Source of the DNA: Carpediemonas membranifera BICM
Lineage: Eukaryota; Protista; Fornicata
Assembly (NCBI GenBank): GCA_019828565.1
Contig: JAHDYR010000012.1
Span: 1,359,780 to 1,423,779, forward strand
Length of the DNA: 64,000 nucleotides
Reading direction: 5' to 3'
Both the position numbers and the translations under genes were made by a program. Shown piece by piece: positions 1-10,921 of the stretch. A model generated the notes under the pieces. The model saw nothing but the letters and a program-made list of their open reading frames with translations, made no database searches and was not told the DNA's origin. Position 1 is the first letter of the stretch. The number at the start of each line of letters is the position of its first letter.

Positions 1-1986
1 TAATGCTTGTATAGCCCTCTAACATCTGGATCCGGGCCATTACCAGCAGGCGCACACTGGAAGTATGCGTTTGGAGTCGGCCCAAACTTCGATTTCGACC
101 GACATCGAACATGACGAGTAGAGGTCGGAGAGGGCTGAAACTCACACAATTGCACTATAGGAGAAGCTCATACAGGATGGCTGACCCATCTTAGTCTTTA
201 AACTCCCAATCGTAATTTCTGGTGTCGCCGAAAATGACGACTCAGGATGACTCGATCCACCCTCAGCCCGCACCCAATGGCATAACACTAGGTACTAGGT
301 CTGGGTATAGTGTGATTGCCTCATCCGCAGCCTTGAACACAACGTCCACCAGACCACCGTCCTCGAGATGGCCGCGCAGAATACGCCATCATTTTTCTTA
401 AGATCCTGGTTGACGCAAGCAAGGGCCTGGACACGAACTGGACCCCTGCATCGTTCACGTTTGATCTTTATCTCACCTTGATTCAGGGCAACTTCAGAGT
501 GAGGAGGAGCTTCAGGGCTGGTGGATCCGCTGGACCCCGTCCCAGACAGTCCCAGTAACCACCCAGTCGCCTGACCAGTGGGAGCCTTCTGGCTGACTCT
601 GCCCAGTTCTTGGTCTGTAATATTTTTTCGCACATTCCTTCGCGAGCTCGAATAATCGTTCTCCAAGCACCTCTGCTGCTATATTTGTGTAGGATGCACA
701 TTTAAGACATATAGATCACGATTCTTCGCTTTCGCTCTCTCAGTTTCGGTCACTTCTTCGTGCCGAACTAAACAACATCAATCAGGTGCGCCGACGGGAC
801 CCTGGAGCGGCAACAAGGTAAGTCCGCCACCATCAAATGATGTCAAAATCCTAGCTGTGCGCCACGGCGTCTTCGGACCCGTGGTATTGCATTGGCCTCT
901 GGCCCTTGCTGCACACCGGGACATCCGCGCCACCTTACACGGCGCGGAACCCGGCTTCTAGCTAGGAGCGCGCGGGCGGTGTGTGACTGCCGCGCGGACA
1001 TCAGATGGACCTAGGACAGTGAGCCTAGATGATACACTTGGACGACCCAGCAGCTGCTGGCGGTTGGCGAGTGTATGCGGGAGGGCAAGCCCGCGGCGTG
1101 GAGCCCCATCTGTGAGTCACACCCATGGGGGGTCATTTTCGTCCGAAAATTCCATTTGCCAGACTAGCGAATACGAGCTCTAGGGCTTGAAATCAGGTCG
1201 AGTTCGAATATCTGAAGCCGGCGAGGGAATGTGTCACCAGTTCAACGGTATTTGGAACCCCGAGGTCATTCATGTTTGAGAAGGACTTTGCGCCGGCTGC
1301 TTTGGCGATGAGCTCGTCAACCACTGGCGGGGGAACGTGATCGACACTGTAGCGTCGTTAAGAGCATGGTAATCGACACACAGCCTTAAAGGTGGGTCAT
1401 CCGAATCATTTCCGGACCACGAGGGGACCCACTGAGACTTGACCTGCACTCACAACCCCGTATCACGGAGTCGACTTTGGATTTATCTCTGTTGGCACGT
1501 AAACACATTGATCTGACTCTGACCGACTCTCCAGGGGCAGGTTGGCCGAAGCCAGCTTGCTCAGGGTCTCCTTTGCCGCGACGATTGAGACTGTGAAATA
1601 CTCAAGCGGCTCGGGAGGGACGTCGACCGAGTCACCAAGCAGATCGTGGTTGGGTTGTTCATGCAACAAGCATCTCGTTGACCTCATCAGTACTCAGCAG
1701 CCTAAGCTGTCATGGTAATGGTTGACAGCCCCTGAGAGCGCCGCGAGGAGAGCAGACAAGCACAAGCGTTCTTCGTCTTGCCCCCAGGGTGCACTGCAGA
1801 CGCATTGGCGGGCTTGGGTACGAACACGGGCATGGGGAACTGGACAAGGCGAGTTGCCATGCCGGGTTTCTCGCTTGCGACCAGCAGCGCCGTGAGTCCC
1901 TTCACCCAGGCTTGGTTGGAGATGCGCCCCTATGGTTGCGGCATGTCTCTAGGAGCGACTTTGACCCCAGTTGACCCCAGTCGACG

Positions 1987-2793
1987 TTGGCTGACTCCGT
2001 GGAGTCGAATTTGTTGGGTCCACGAAGGCAGGTTAAGCACAGACAATTGAAGCAAATGAGCGGTGAGCTTGTAACTTCTATTGGCAAAGGCGTCATCGTT
2101 AACATGACCTCATCCTTCCTTTCTTCCGGCGCTTCCACCATTGCTGGCTGTGCAGCAAGCTCATGCAACCAATGCCCCAACTTTGGCTCATGCCAGAGCA
2201 ACACCACTAGCACAGGTGGCAATGATTTCTTCACACAAGACTTCTCCTACGACAACGCTACTTCAGGTGGCTTTTCGTCCTCGAGCATGGCGGCCGGCGT
2301 GGTGAAACTGAACACGTTCGATGCCCCCGCCGCCTCCGGCTTCTCTGGGATCCGCTCAGACAACGGGATGGTCCACCTGGACATGGATTCTCTCGTAGAC
2401 CTCGGCGGGCCCGATTTCGAGGACCCCATCCCGATGTTTGCCGCCAAACCCAAGCCTGTCCCGAAGAAGCAAGCTGTTGACGCTACTTGCGTTGCTCACG
2501 GCTTCGCTCTGTTCTCAGGTGTTGTCGACAAGGTCACCCTCAACTTCTTCCTCGTCGACGACATCACCGAGGTCGAGGTCCAGCACGCCCAGACCTCCAC
2601 TCCCACCAAGCGGACCCGCGCCATGCGCAGGGGCAGCCCCGTTGACCTTGCGGACATTGTCATCGGCGGGACCCTAGCCCTCGACGACCAGGTGTTCTTT
2701 GTAGACGCAGTCGACCAGGCCGAGGCGATCATGGAGCGCCGCCGCAGAGGGCGCCACAGTGGTCGCGGGGCGGGTCTCCTTGCCTTGCTCTGA
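1987..2793 (+). CDS. Hypothetical protein; start uncertain (first ATG ~2056); may be a chimeric or degenerate fragment
   Basis: Open 268-codon frame with host-like C/G-ending codons in its 3' two-thirds; no recognisable domain. Confidence 0.3.
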   Translation: MADSVESNLLGPRRQVKHRQLKQMSGELVTSIGKGVIVNMTSSFLSSGASTIAGCAASSCNQCPNFGSCQSNTTSTGGNDFFTQDFSYDNATSGGFSSSSMAAGVVKLNTFDAPAASGFSGIRSDNGMVHLDMDSLVDLGGPDFEDPIPMFAAKPKPVPKKQAVDATCVAHGFALFSGVVDKVTLNFFLVDDITEVEVQHAQTSTPTKRTRAMRRGSPVDLADIVIGGTLALDDQVFFVDAVDQAEAIMERRRRGRHSGRGAGLLALL

Positions 2794-3317
2794 GTGCTCT
2801 TTGCTGTTTTACTTTGATATTTCGATTGGTGCCGACATAGAAACTGACGTGCGGTAAATGCCATCTTAAGGTCTTGCAGGCAAGGGGCACCCCGACGCCG
2901 GCAGTCGACAGCCGAGTCGGAAAGGTGTGCCGAAAGAGTGCCTTCGCCCCATCAAGCGGGGTGACACTGAGAGTTCGTCGACTTGAGTCAACACGCCCAT
3001 GTCTGTCGAAGTCGGCTGATTGCTCGTTGGCGCCGGGTTGACCGGGTATGCCGAACACAAAATACTTTGACTCAGATCCGTTCGCGGCAACGCCACAAGC
3101 ATGCGGATCTCGCGCTCGGTGGCAGAGTTTGAACTCGGGCTCTGTCCGAAGCACCACCTGGGGGCGCCTGCCGAGGTATGGCTCGGTCTCGGATGTGAGG
3201 TGGTTGAGGAACTTCTCGCTGTTGTTAAAGTGATGCTCGGTCCTGCCAATTGCCACGTTATTGTATGTGCACTTTATGCCCTGCAACTGAGATGTTGCCC
3301 TAAAGACTGACAAACGG

Positions 3318-3695
3318 AGGGTGCACTTTATGGATCGCAGATGTACTCAATCTTCTGCAGGTCATCATAGCCCAGTGTATGCTGCAGCCATGCGAGGAAG
3401 TTGTCTGCTTGGCGAGAGTGGACCTTGGTCCTGGACTCGAACTTCAGGGGTTTCACCTCCGATGTCCCTTCCAGTTCAGTTGCCTCCTTCTCGAGCAGGG
3501 CCAGCAGTTTGGACTGCACCTTATCGCGCCGGTGTGCGTCTTCGGAAAGGGCCTTCTTGACCTCCATGCTGTTCAGGAAGTCAACTTGAGCTTTGAGGTT
3601 AGCAATGAGCTTATCCTCGCCACCAGACTTCGTTGAGTCCGCAGGTGTTCCGACAGCGCGGGCCTTGAGTTGATAGGGTGCACTTTATGGATCGC
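3318..3695. repeat. 21-bp direct repeat AGGGTGCACTTTATGGATCGC (3318-3338, 3675-3695) flanking a 336-bp minus-strand coding-like fragment
   Basis: Exact repeat read directly. The enclosed sequence is open on the - strand (..EDKLIANLKAQVDFLNSMEVKKALSED..). Confidence 0.85.
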
Positions 3696-3706
3696 TACAT
3701 GAGAAT

Positions 3707-4513
3707 ATGATCTTCATTTGCGTCGGAAGTATCGGAGGAGCTTTTGGTCTGTCACTTTCACGGCTAATTCTAAGAAACAAGGTTCATTACAGGCATATGT
3801 TTTCTGAACAAGGGATGCCGAAGCTACTTTTCGTCAATTCCAGCGAAGAGACCATCCAACACGTTGTTAAGCTGCCCTGGAAGGGAAAACGACCGGTAAT
3901 ACTAGTAGCTAATGATCCCATTGTCTTTTCAGGCAACGCTGAGGAGGCATGGCCAGCTTGCAAGCCGCATTCCGACGATTTGTCATCATTCCCGGCCTAT
4001 TCATGGCAGGGAAAGTATGTCATCAGTCCCAAGGTTCTCAAAGAGGCCGCGTCACATTGGATCCAGACCGTGGCGTCTCTCTCAGACCAGTCTGACGGCG
4101 TGTTGTTCGCCTCGTCGATGCAAGACGGGGCAGTAGGACTCATTCCGGGCCTAATCAACGCTATCCGAGCAATACCGCGGTTCTCATACCCAGCATATCT
4201 CGGCGCGGCCCTTCTTTTCGACCCACTGCCCGGGAAACAAGGCGCTGAGAACGCGTCGGCTTTCGTCAAACATGTGCGGCGGGCATGCGACGTTGTGGCC
4301 GTTACTGACCGGGATGCAGTCGACGGCATTGACGGTTGGGTCCACGCCCTGATGCTTGTGCTGACCCTCGAGCTCCAGGACTCCCGCATCCCCTCCCTGT
4401 CAAAGCTGGTCAACGACTGTCCAGAGTCGTTGTACAAGGGCGAGGGTGTTGTTCCAGTGAAGGGGCCGGCCGGCAGACTGCTGCAGTCGACCCTAAGGAC
4501 GATCGCCGGGTGA
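3707..4513 (+). CDS. Highly divergent tubulin-family (delta/zeta-like) GTPase-domain protein
   Basis: Colinear degenerate tubulin motifs: IFICVGSIGGAFG (~xQVGQCGNQIG), PKLLFVN (~PRAVLVD), SGNA (~GNNWA), IQTVASLSDQSDGVLFASSMQDGAVG (~IRKEAEKCDCLQGF..HSLGGGTGSG), ENASAFVKHVRRACDVVAVTDRDAV (~YNA.L....L....D.....DNEAL). Confidence 0.55.
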   Translation: MIFICVGSIGGAFGLSLSRLILRNKVHYRHMFSEQGMPKLLFVNSSEETIQHVVKLPWKGKRPVILVANDPIVFSGNAEEAWPACKPHSDDLSSFPAYSWQGKYVISPKVLKEAASHWIQTVASLSDQSDGVLFASSMQDGAVGLIPGLINAIRAIPRFSYPAYLGAALLFDPLPGKQGAENASAFVKHVRRACDVVAVTDRDAVDGIDGWVHALMLVLTLELQDSRIPSLSKLVNDCPESLYKGEGVVPVKGPAGRLLQSTLRTIAG

Positions 4514-4824
4514 TGCAACGAGGCACACACAATCCCCTCGACACGACGGTTGACTCTGCCAACTACTACTGTCGGAGGCAACGCTAGCTGGAGATTGACC
4601 ACCGCGAGGGAGAGATAAAGAAGATGCAGGGGCCCTTCATGAATTGTCTTGTCGGGTCGGGAAGTTGCAGATCCGCACCCTCACTTCTCTCTCTCGCTTT
4701 AATGTCTCCGCCCTGGAGGCCCTCTTAGTATGGCTCTCCCTGCCATTGCCGCGGCGTTGATATGGGTGCAGTTTATGCTCACTCATTTCCCCTCAGGATT
4801 GAGATCTTTGGCAGTTCAATCCAC

Positions 4825-5505
4825 ATGAGCAAAATGAGTGCACTTCTTTTCTTTTCCCTAGTTTCTGTTGTCCTGTGTGACTACAGGAACATTCACATCA
4901 AGCTCGACGCCGAGACTGAGGCTTTTGTCGTCCAGGCCAACGATGTGTTCCACCGCATCTGCCCCTCTGACGACATCGATCTCAGGAACAAGGAGCAGCC
5001 CCATATCACTCTCTATCTTACCGACTTTGTGAATGGCACCGATGCCGAGCTCATTTCCGCCATCGAGTCCGCCATCAACCAGTTCGAGTCCTTCGACGTC
5101 GGACTCAACAACACCGTTGCCGTGGGCCAGTACGGCATGTGGCAGACGACCATCCCCCGCCCCCTCCAGGACCTCAGCGACTTGATTGTGAACGCGACAT
5201 TCCACCTAGTCAACCCGAACCAGGCCGTTCCGGAGTGGATCAAGAACCTCCCCGCGGACGAGCGCGAGAAGAAGCTCGCCATGTTCAAGAAATATGGCTC
5301 CCCGAACGTGTTCTCCTCCTTCCAGCCGCACGTCACACTCTGCTGGGACCAGTCCCACAACAACGTCGTCCGTATGTTGAGCTCGGTGCCTCTAGGCCAC
5401 CCGACCTCACGCATCGCGACTGTGGCCATTGCTCACGTCGGGCCCCATGGCACCGCCCTGAGAGGCGAGGACATCGCCTCGTTCAGCCTTTCACAGTTCC
5501 CATAA
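4825..5505 (+). CDS. Secreted 2H phosphoesterase (2'-5' RNA ligase-like superfamily); start at ATG 4825 or 4834
   Basis: Two HxT motifs (PHITLY, PHVTLC) and a hydrophobic signal peptide MSALLFFSLVSVVLC. Confidence 0.75.
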   Translation: MSKMSALLFFSLVSVVLCDYRNIHIKLDAETEAFVVQANDVFHRICPSDDIDLRNKEQPHITLYLTDFVNGTDAELISAIESAINQFESFDVGLNNTVAVGQYGMWQTTIPRPLQDLSDLIVNATFHLVNPNQAVPEWIKNLPADEREKKLAMFKKYGSPNVFSSFQPHVTLCWDQSHNNVVRMLSSVPLGHPTSRIATVAIAHVGPHGTALRGEDIASFSLSQFP

Positions 5506-5529
5506 ATAGTTGCCAGTAGTTAGGTGCCG

Positions 5530-5856
5530 TCATTGCATACCCAGCGTGCTCTTCAGTGTTTCATCACGGGCGAAAAATCCAGTGATAAATTTTCGCATCA
5601 ACGCAATCTCCAGGCTTGCCTTGGGTTGGTGCAGTTCAGCAATCTTGGTGTTGGCGAACTGAGTCGCATTGTCCGCCTGGATGGATAGCAGGTGGCCGAA
5701 GTGGGCTGCCCAATCTCTGAGGGCGTATGCATCGTCGGCAGTGGTGGATTTGGTCAGGTAGGGCTTGACCAACTTGGAGAAGGTGTCAACCGCCACTAGG
5801 ATGTTCTTCAGACCGCTCGCTGAGGTGGGTAACGGACCCAATGTGTCCAGCTAACC
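5530..5856 (-). pseudogene. Isolated Ty3/Gypsy integrase core fragment
   Basis: DTLGPLP..VAVDTFSK..IQADNATQF contains the first two DDE aspartates; no LTRs visible. Confidence 0.8.
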
Positions 5857-5926
5857 GGTGGCGAATGGTTTAAAGTCAATCCTTAATCTGCGGGTGTGTG
5901 AAAAAAAGTTGGCAACGGGCACAGCA

Positions 5927-6829
5927 ATGTCTAACCGCGGAAAGAAGACTCTGAACGTTTCTGAACAGCGCTGCCGGTTCTATGAGGACGAATTCCCCAA
6001 AGTTGACGAGCTTTGCCTTGTCCGGTTCGATTCTGTCGACAACACCGGCTGCTACTATGTTTCGCTCCTTGAATACGACATGAAGCAAGGCATGATCCTC
6101 CAGAGTGAGATCTCTAGGAGGAGAGTTCGTTCTGTTAGCAAGATTGCCCGCGTCGGCCAGGTTCACGTTGCTTCTGTGCTCCGCGTCGATTCCCAGCACG
6201 GCTTCATCGATCTTTCCAAGAAGAACGTCGAGGAGAGCGAGGTGCACATGGCTGAGGAGCGATACGCCAACGCCAAGCTTGTCCACACTGTGATGGCCCA
6301 GCTTGCGGCCATTACCGAGATCCCTCTGCTGGAGCTGAATGAACACATCACATGGCCTCTCTACCGCAAGTACAAGCACGGGTACAACGCCTTCATGCAG
6401 ATCCTGGAGACCGGGCCCGAGATTGTCGATGAGTGGAAGAAGGAAGGCGTCGAGGACCTTGACTTCGAGCTCCTCGAGAAGGTGTTCGATACTCTTTACG
6501 AGCATATCACTAGACGTCTCGCGCCGTCCCCCAAGAAGGTCAAGGCCGTGCTCAACGTCACTTGCTTCTGCCCCCGTGGCGTCGAGCTCATCCGTGACGC
6601 TCTCCGCGCCGCCGAGGCCGTTGACTGCGGCGACATCGCGCTCACAGTCAGACTCGACGTCGCGCCGGAGTATGTGATCGAGACCACCTCAAGCAACGTG
6701 CGGGAGGCCAAGCTCGCGATCACGAAGGCCATCGAGGCTGCCAAGAGCGTCATCGTCTCTGGCAACGGTACTTGCATCGTCACGCACGAGCCTAATGTCC
6801 TCGATGAGGCAGCTGAGGAGAAGAAGTAA
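5927..6829 (+). CDS. EIF2S1: Translation initiation factor eIF2 alpha subunit
   Basis: CRFYEDEFP, YVSLLEY..GMILQSEISRRRVRSV (Ser51 loop), VLRVD..GFIDLSKK. ATG 5927 is in frame with the track ORF. Confidence 0.97.
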   Translation: MSNRGKKTLNVSEQRCRFYEDEFPKVDELCLVRFDSVDNTGCYYVSLLEYDMKQGMILQSEISRRRVRSVSKIARVGQVHVASVLRVDSQHGFIDLSKKNVEESEVHMAEERYANAKLVHTVMAQLAAITEIPLLELNEHITWPLYRKYKHGYNAFMQILETGPEIVDEWKKEGVEDLDFELLEKVFDTLYEHITRRLAPSPKKVKAVLNVTCFCPRGVELIRDALRAAEAVDCGDIALTVRLDVAPEYVIETTSSNVREAKLAITKAIEAAKSVIVSGNGTCIVTHEPNVLDEAAEEKK

Positions 6830-6997
6830 AGGACAGCGGAGTTTATAAGGGGGGGGGTGGTGATGCGGGTCGAGGCCCGGGTTGCAGCTGCCTCGGTTCA
6901 ATATCGTAGGATGCCGCCTGGATGCTGTCCCGCACTGTTGCCGTCGCCGTCTTGGCCGGCATGGGTGCAACTTTTTTCCTTTGCCAGAAGCAAGCGA

Positions 6998-8782
6998 ATG
7001 ACTCCATTCTTGGACGCGTTCTATGATCCCATTGAAAACCTAGATGCTATATCATCATGTATTGAATCCGCAGACCTGTACGGCGACGGGGATCACCGCC
7101 TTCTGATCGCCAGCCGCAATAGGACGCTTCGGGTATACCGCGGCGCCAAGGTTGTTGCTGAACACGAAATTCTGGGAACCCCGTCCGGTGTAGTCTCATT
7201 CAGGCTCGAGGGCGTGGACAAGTCCCGCTCCTTGGCCATCGCCATCGCAGCGGGGACGGCCATCTTCGTATACAAGCCCGTCAAGGGCGCTCTGAAGCCC
7301 CACTCCAAGTTCTGTCTGCCCCCGTTCCAGCCCACCGAACAAGAGCAGGACATCTGGCGCCGTCTCGTCGGCGGGGGCCTGACGATGCTCGAGGGCTGTC
7401 AGGAGCTCGTCGACCTCCGCAACTCGGGCTCCAGCATCTCGCCGCAGAGCGAGAGCATGCTTACTGCGCCCCAGCACGCAACCGACACCACGACTATGTT
7501 CGACGCCGTGCCCGACGGCCAAACCCTTGACAACAGTCGCCGCGGGATTGTCACAGCCCATCCCGACGGCATCGCCCGGTCCGTCCCAGTGATCACGGCC
7601 ATCACGGTCCTCCCGGCCACCATCAACGAACACGAGCCGCTCGGGCAGATCATCGTGGCGACAGAGGGTGGCGACGTTTACCTCCTCGGGCCATCCTGCC
7701 GAGAGACAGACATCCACTACAAGCTGAAGTCGGTGCCCATACGGCTCCACGTGACGGGGACGAGGGCCGTGGCGTTCCGTGTGACCGTGCCTTGCAGGGA
7801 CCGGGCGATTTACTCTATTACGGAGCAGGGCATCTCCGCCAATGTAATTAGAGCTGAGGCAGACATCGTAGACGTCGTGCGGATCAGGAACAAGATCTTC
7901 GTCGCCACCGCGGACAGCACGCTGTCGGTCTACAGTGCCCGGGGTCGGCAGGAGGCTCAGTACAAGACGGCCGCCCCAATCGTGGCCATAGAGCACTTCG
8001 ACGCCGCATCGGTGGAGGGCTTCCTGCTCTGCCTCGCGTCAGGCGAGGTGCGCATGTTCAGAGGGGCCGAGCCTATCGCGACCATGCAGCTGGCCAACCC
8101 CGTCAAGGGGATTCGGATGGTGCCTTTTGCCCGGGAGAGCCACTGCTTGGTATCTGTGACAGATACGGGGGCCCTAGATATCAAGATCCTGCACAGATCT
8201 GCAGATCTCGGATCCATGGGGTCGATCGTGGAATCTGATCCGCAGGATGTGCCCCTCGGCATCATTGACGACACGACTGCACTCAGATCCGCCTACACGC
8301 GGGAAAAAGACCTCGAGGCTGCCAGCAAGATGTACTTTGGGTTCCAGACAGACCTGCTCCAGCTCAAGCTGGCGGCACTCAGCACGAGGGTGAAGGCCAG
8401 GAAGCAGACCGAGGACACCATGGCGGGGATCAAGCCGCAGGTCGGGCTCCGGACGACTATTGAGGGATTTGGACCATCGTTCCTCGTTAGGGTCCACGTG
8501 TCTGCCCGGAAGCCGCTCAGGGGACTCAGCCTGTGCACCGTGTGCCACGGCCCGGACGGCATGGCCACCACCAGGCCTCCGCTGGCCATCAAGGACCCGC
8601 TCCTGCCGATCAGCGTGCTTTTGCCGGGCATTGACACAGTGCTCGAGGTCAGGGTCGCGGTGGGGTCCGGCGATGGTGTCGTCGGGATGCTGGTCTTCAC
8701 TGTGTCAGATCGGGCGGGCAAGGTGCTTGGGCGATCGGAGTTATTGACACCGGAGATCGACGAGTTTGTCGCGCAGATGTAG
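6998..8782 (+). CDS. BBS1: Bardet-Biedl syndrome 1 protein (BBSome subunit)
   Basis: N-terminal FLDAFYDP..ADLYGDGDHRLLI, KFCLP, FARESHCLV..GALDIKILHRSADL, and C-terminal EGFGPSF all match the BBS1 pattern. Confidence 0.92.
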   Translation: MTPFLDAFYDPIENLDAISSCIESADLYGDGDHRLLIASRNRTLRVYRGAKVVAEHEILGTPSGVVSFRLEGVDKSRSLAIAIAAGTAIFVYKPVKGALKPHSKFCLPPFQPTEQEQDIWRRLVGGGLTMLEGCQELVDLRNSGSSISPQSESMLTAPQHATDTTTMFDAVPDGQTLDNSRRGIVTAHPDGIARSVPVITAITVLPATINEHEPLGQIIVATEGGDVYLLGPSCRETDIHYKLKSVPIRLHVTGTRAVAFRVTVPCRDRAIYSITEQGISANVIRAEADIVDVVRIRNKIFVATADSTLSVYSARGRQEAQYKTAAPIVAIEHFDAASVEGFLLCLASGEVRMFRGAEPIATMQLANPVKGIRMVPFARESHCLVSVTDTGALDIKILHRSADLGSMGSIVESDPQDVPLGIIDDTTALRSAYTREKDLEAASKMYFGFQTDLLQLKLAALSTRVKARKQTEDTMAGIKPQVGLRTTIEGFGPSFLVRVHVSARKPLRGLSLCTVCHGPDGMATTRPPLAIKDPLLPISVLLPGIDTVLEVRVAVGSGDGVVGMLVFTVSDRAGKVLGRSELLTPEIDEFVAQM

Positions 8783-9020
8783 CCTAGGGTTTACGCGATC
8801 TGAATCAGTGAATGGCACCTGAAGGTCGTGTGTCAGCTTCATGAAGGTTGATGCACAACTCGAAATTTCGCTAAATACCTTACAGTGCACACAACTGAAA
8901 TCGATTAATGCCTGGCATGGAAGGCCATGCGGCATGGGAATCATCTTGTACATTATAGGCTGTAACTTGCAAGTGGCTCGACGAAAGGAGTGTGCAGCTT
9001 AAAGACAAGGTGCACGAAAG

Positions 9021-9971
9021 ATGGGACAGAAGTCGAAGAAGAAGGCTGCTACGCGCAAAGAGGACGAGAAGACGATTCTTCTCGATGTTTTGGGCTGCGA
9101 GACCGCGCTTTTCCGCGCGAACTTCCCTGATGACGAAGACAAGCGTATCAAGCTCATTGACGAGCTTGACGCTGATCTAGCGAAGATTTTCAAAGACGAA
9201 GACACCGATATTGCTCCTGAATATGCCAACACACTCTACAACATGGCCTACGCGCTCTTCACCGACGTTCAGGCCCGCATGGACTTCATGGGAGACATGT
9301 ACGTCCGGGAGGCCGAGGAGAAGGCCGGCAAGCGCAAGGCGAGTGAGGACATGCCCAACGAGGAGGAGAAGGCGGAGATGGAGTCTGGTGTTGCCGAGGA
9401 CATGAACACTGCGTGGATGTACAGCGAGCTCGCCAGGAAGTCGTTTGAACTCCGTATGAACAACGCGAAGGAGAAGGGCGAGGACGCCAAGATGCACATG
9501 CGGGACCTTGCGATGGTCATGCTTCTCCAGGGTGAGATCAACGCCGAGAACGAGATGCTCGAGCTAGCTGAGACTGATGTCCGCGGTGCCATTGAGGGCC
9601 TTGCCCTCTCCACAGACGAGAAGAAGCCGATCCCGTGCCAGCTTGAGGCGGTTATCCAGATGGCGACACTTGTTCTCATGCGGAAGGAGAAGGAGCAGCA
9701 GCAGGAGGTGCTCGACTACATCGCCAAGGCCAAGGCCATACTAGAGCTCCTCCAGAAGAACGATGCCCTTGTCAGCGCCCAGCTTGACGACTGGCGTGAG
9801 GCCATCCTCGGCCTCGAGCAGGACTGGGACGAGATCAAGAACATGACCGAGGAGGACAAGGCCACCATCGGCCAGGCCATCGAGGGCATGATACCCGAGG
9901 ACGTCCGGGATAAGGAGCCCAGCGAGGACGAGGGTGAGGTCCACGAGGTCGTCGCGAGAGCCAGGAAGTAA
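9021..9971 (+). CDS. NASP: NASP/Sim3/Hif1-like SHNi-TPR histone chaperone
   Basis: APEYANTLYNMAYALF, an acidic insertion, EDMNTAWMYSELAR, LAMVMLLQGEINAENE, and a basic C-terminal tail. Confidence 0.8.
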   Translation: MGQKSKKKAATRKEDEKTILLDVLGCETALFRANFPDDEDKRIKLIDELDADLAKIFKDEDTDIAPEYANTLYNMAYALFTDVQARMDFMGDMYVREAEEKAGKRKASEDMPNEEEKAEMESGVAEDMNTAWMYSELARKSFELRMNNAKEKGEDAKMHMRDLAMVMLLQGEINAENEMLELAETDVRGAIEGLALSTDEKKPIPCQLEAVIQMATLVLMRKEKEQQQEVLDYIAKAKAILELLQKNDALVSAQLDDWREAILGLEQDWDEIKNMTEEDKATIGQAIEGMIPEDVRDKEPSEDEGEVHEVVARARK

Positions 9972-10120
9972 AGTTCAACGATGGGCGCGAAGATTACCAT
10001 ACCTTGTCTACGAACCGCACTGCGGACACTCTGAAGGGCTCACGCCGCTCGTTTAATTCCGGCCGTCGTAATATTTTGGGCATGGTTATTTTCGTTACAA
10101 CAACCTAAAGTCCAACACCA

Positions 10121-10921
10121 ATGCCGCTTTTCTGCAAGGGAAAGAACAAAACGGTGTTTAATCCCCGTGATGGAGCTGCGTTTAAGCTCCGCTGCGTCGA
10201 TCACCGTCTCCTAACGATTAACAAGGACGGCAATCTCAGCCTCCGCACCAAGAAGGGAAAGAAGAAGGCCGTCTGGCAAACATTCGTCACCGAATCTACC
10301 GGGCAGGATGGCTTCTACCGCCTCGTGCATCCCCCTACCAACAGCTACATCTTTGCCAAGAAGCACAAGATCTATGGCAAGATCATCAAGCCAGGCAAGG
10401 AACAGAAGTACGCACGCCGTGCTGACCACGTATTCAAGCTCAGCCCCATCGAGGGCGGCACGTGGGCGCTCCAGTCAGCTCGGAACTCGAACTTCCTTGG
10501 CGTGATCTCCAGCAAGCTGCGTCTCTCCGACATGGTCACCATGTGCGCCGAGTCCTGGGAAATCCTCCCCGCCGACGCCGCTGCTGTCGATCCCACCAAG
10601 GTTGACAAGCGTGGCAAGCCTGTGAAGCAGAAGGTCGATCCGCGCGCCGTCAAGGGCAACAAGAAGGGCAACAACAAGGGCCGCCACGCCAAGGCCCCTG
10701 CCATGCAGCAGCCCATGATGATGCCCCAGGGTGGCATGATGATGCCTCAGCAGCAACAGATGCCCATGATGCAACAGCCGATGCAACCCATGATGATGCC
10801 TCAACAGCAGATGCCGATGATGATGCCGATGATGATGCAGCAGCCCATGATGCAGCCCATGATGATGGGCCAGGCGCCGCTTTCGGCCCGTCGCGGCAAG
10901 GGCAAGGGTCGTCGCCGTTAA
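10121..10921 (+). CDS. Fascin-like beta-trefoil domain protein with M/Q/P-rich low-complexity tail
   Basis: Three trefoil-like repeats (WQTF..FYRL; HVFKLSPIEGGTWALQSARNSNFL; AESWEI), then a K-rich segment and PMMMPQQQ repeats (~10700-10870). Confidence 0.55.
   Translation: MPLFCKGKNKTVFNPRDGAAFKLRCVDHRLLTINKDGNLSLRTKKGKKKAVWQTFVTESTGQDGFYRLVHPPTNSYIFAKKHKIYGKIIKPGKEQKYARRADHVFKLSPIEGGTWALQSARNSNFLGVISSKLRLSDMVTMCAESWEILPADAAAVDPTKVDKRGKPVKQKVDPRAVKGNKKGNNKGRHAKAPAMQQPMMMPQGGMMMPQQQQMPMMQQPMQPMMMPQQQMPMMMPMMMQQPMMQPMMMGQAPLSARRGKGKGRRR

Noticed and set aside
1-1900. Short ORFs on both strands
   Set aside because: No recognisable motifs or consistent codon bias; probably decayed repeat or intergenic DNA.
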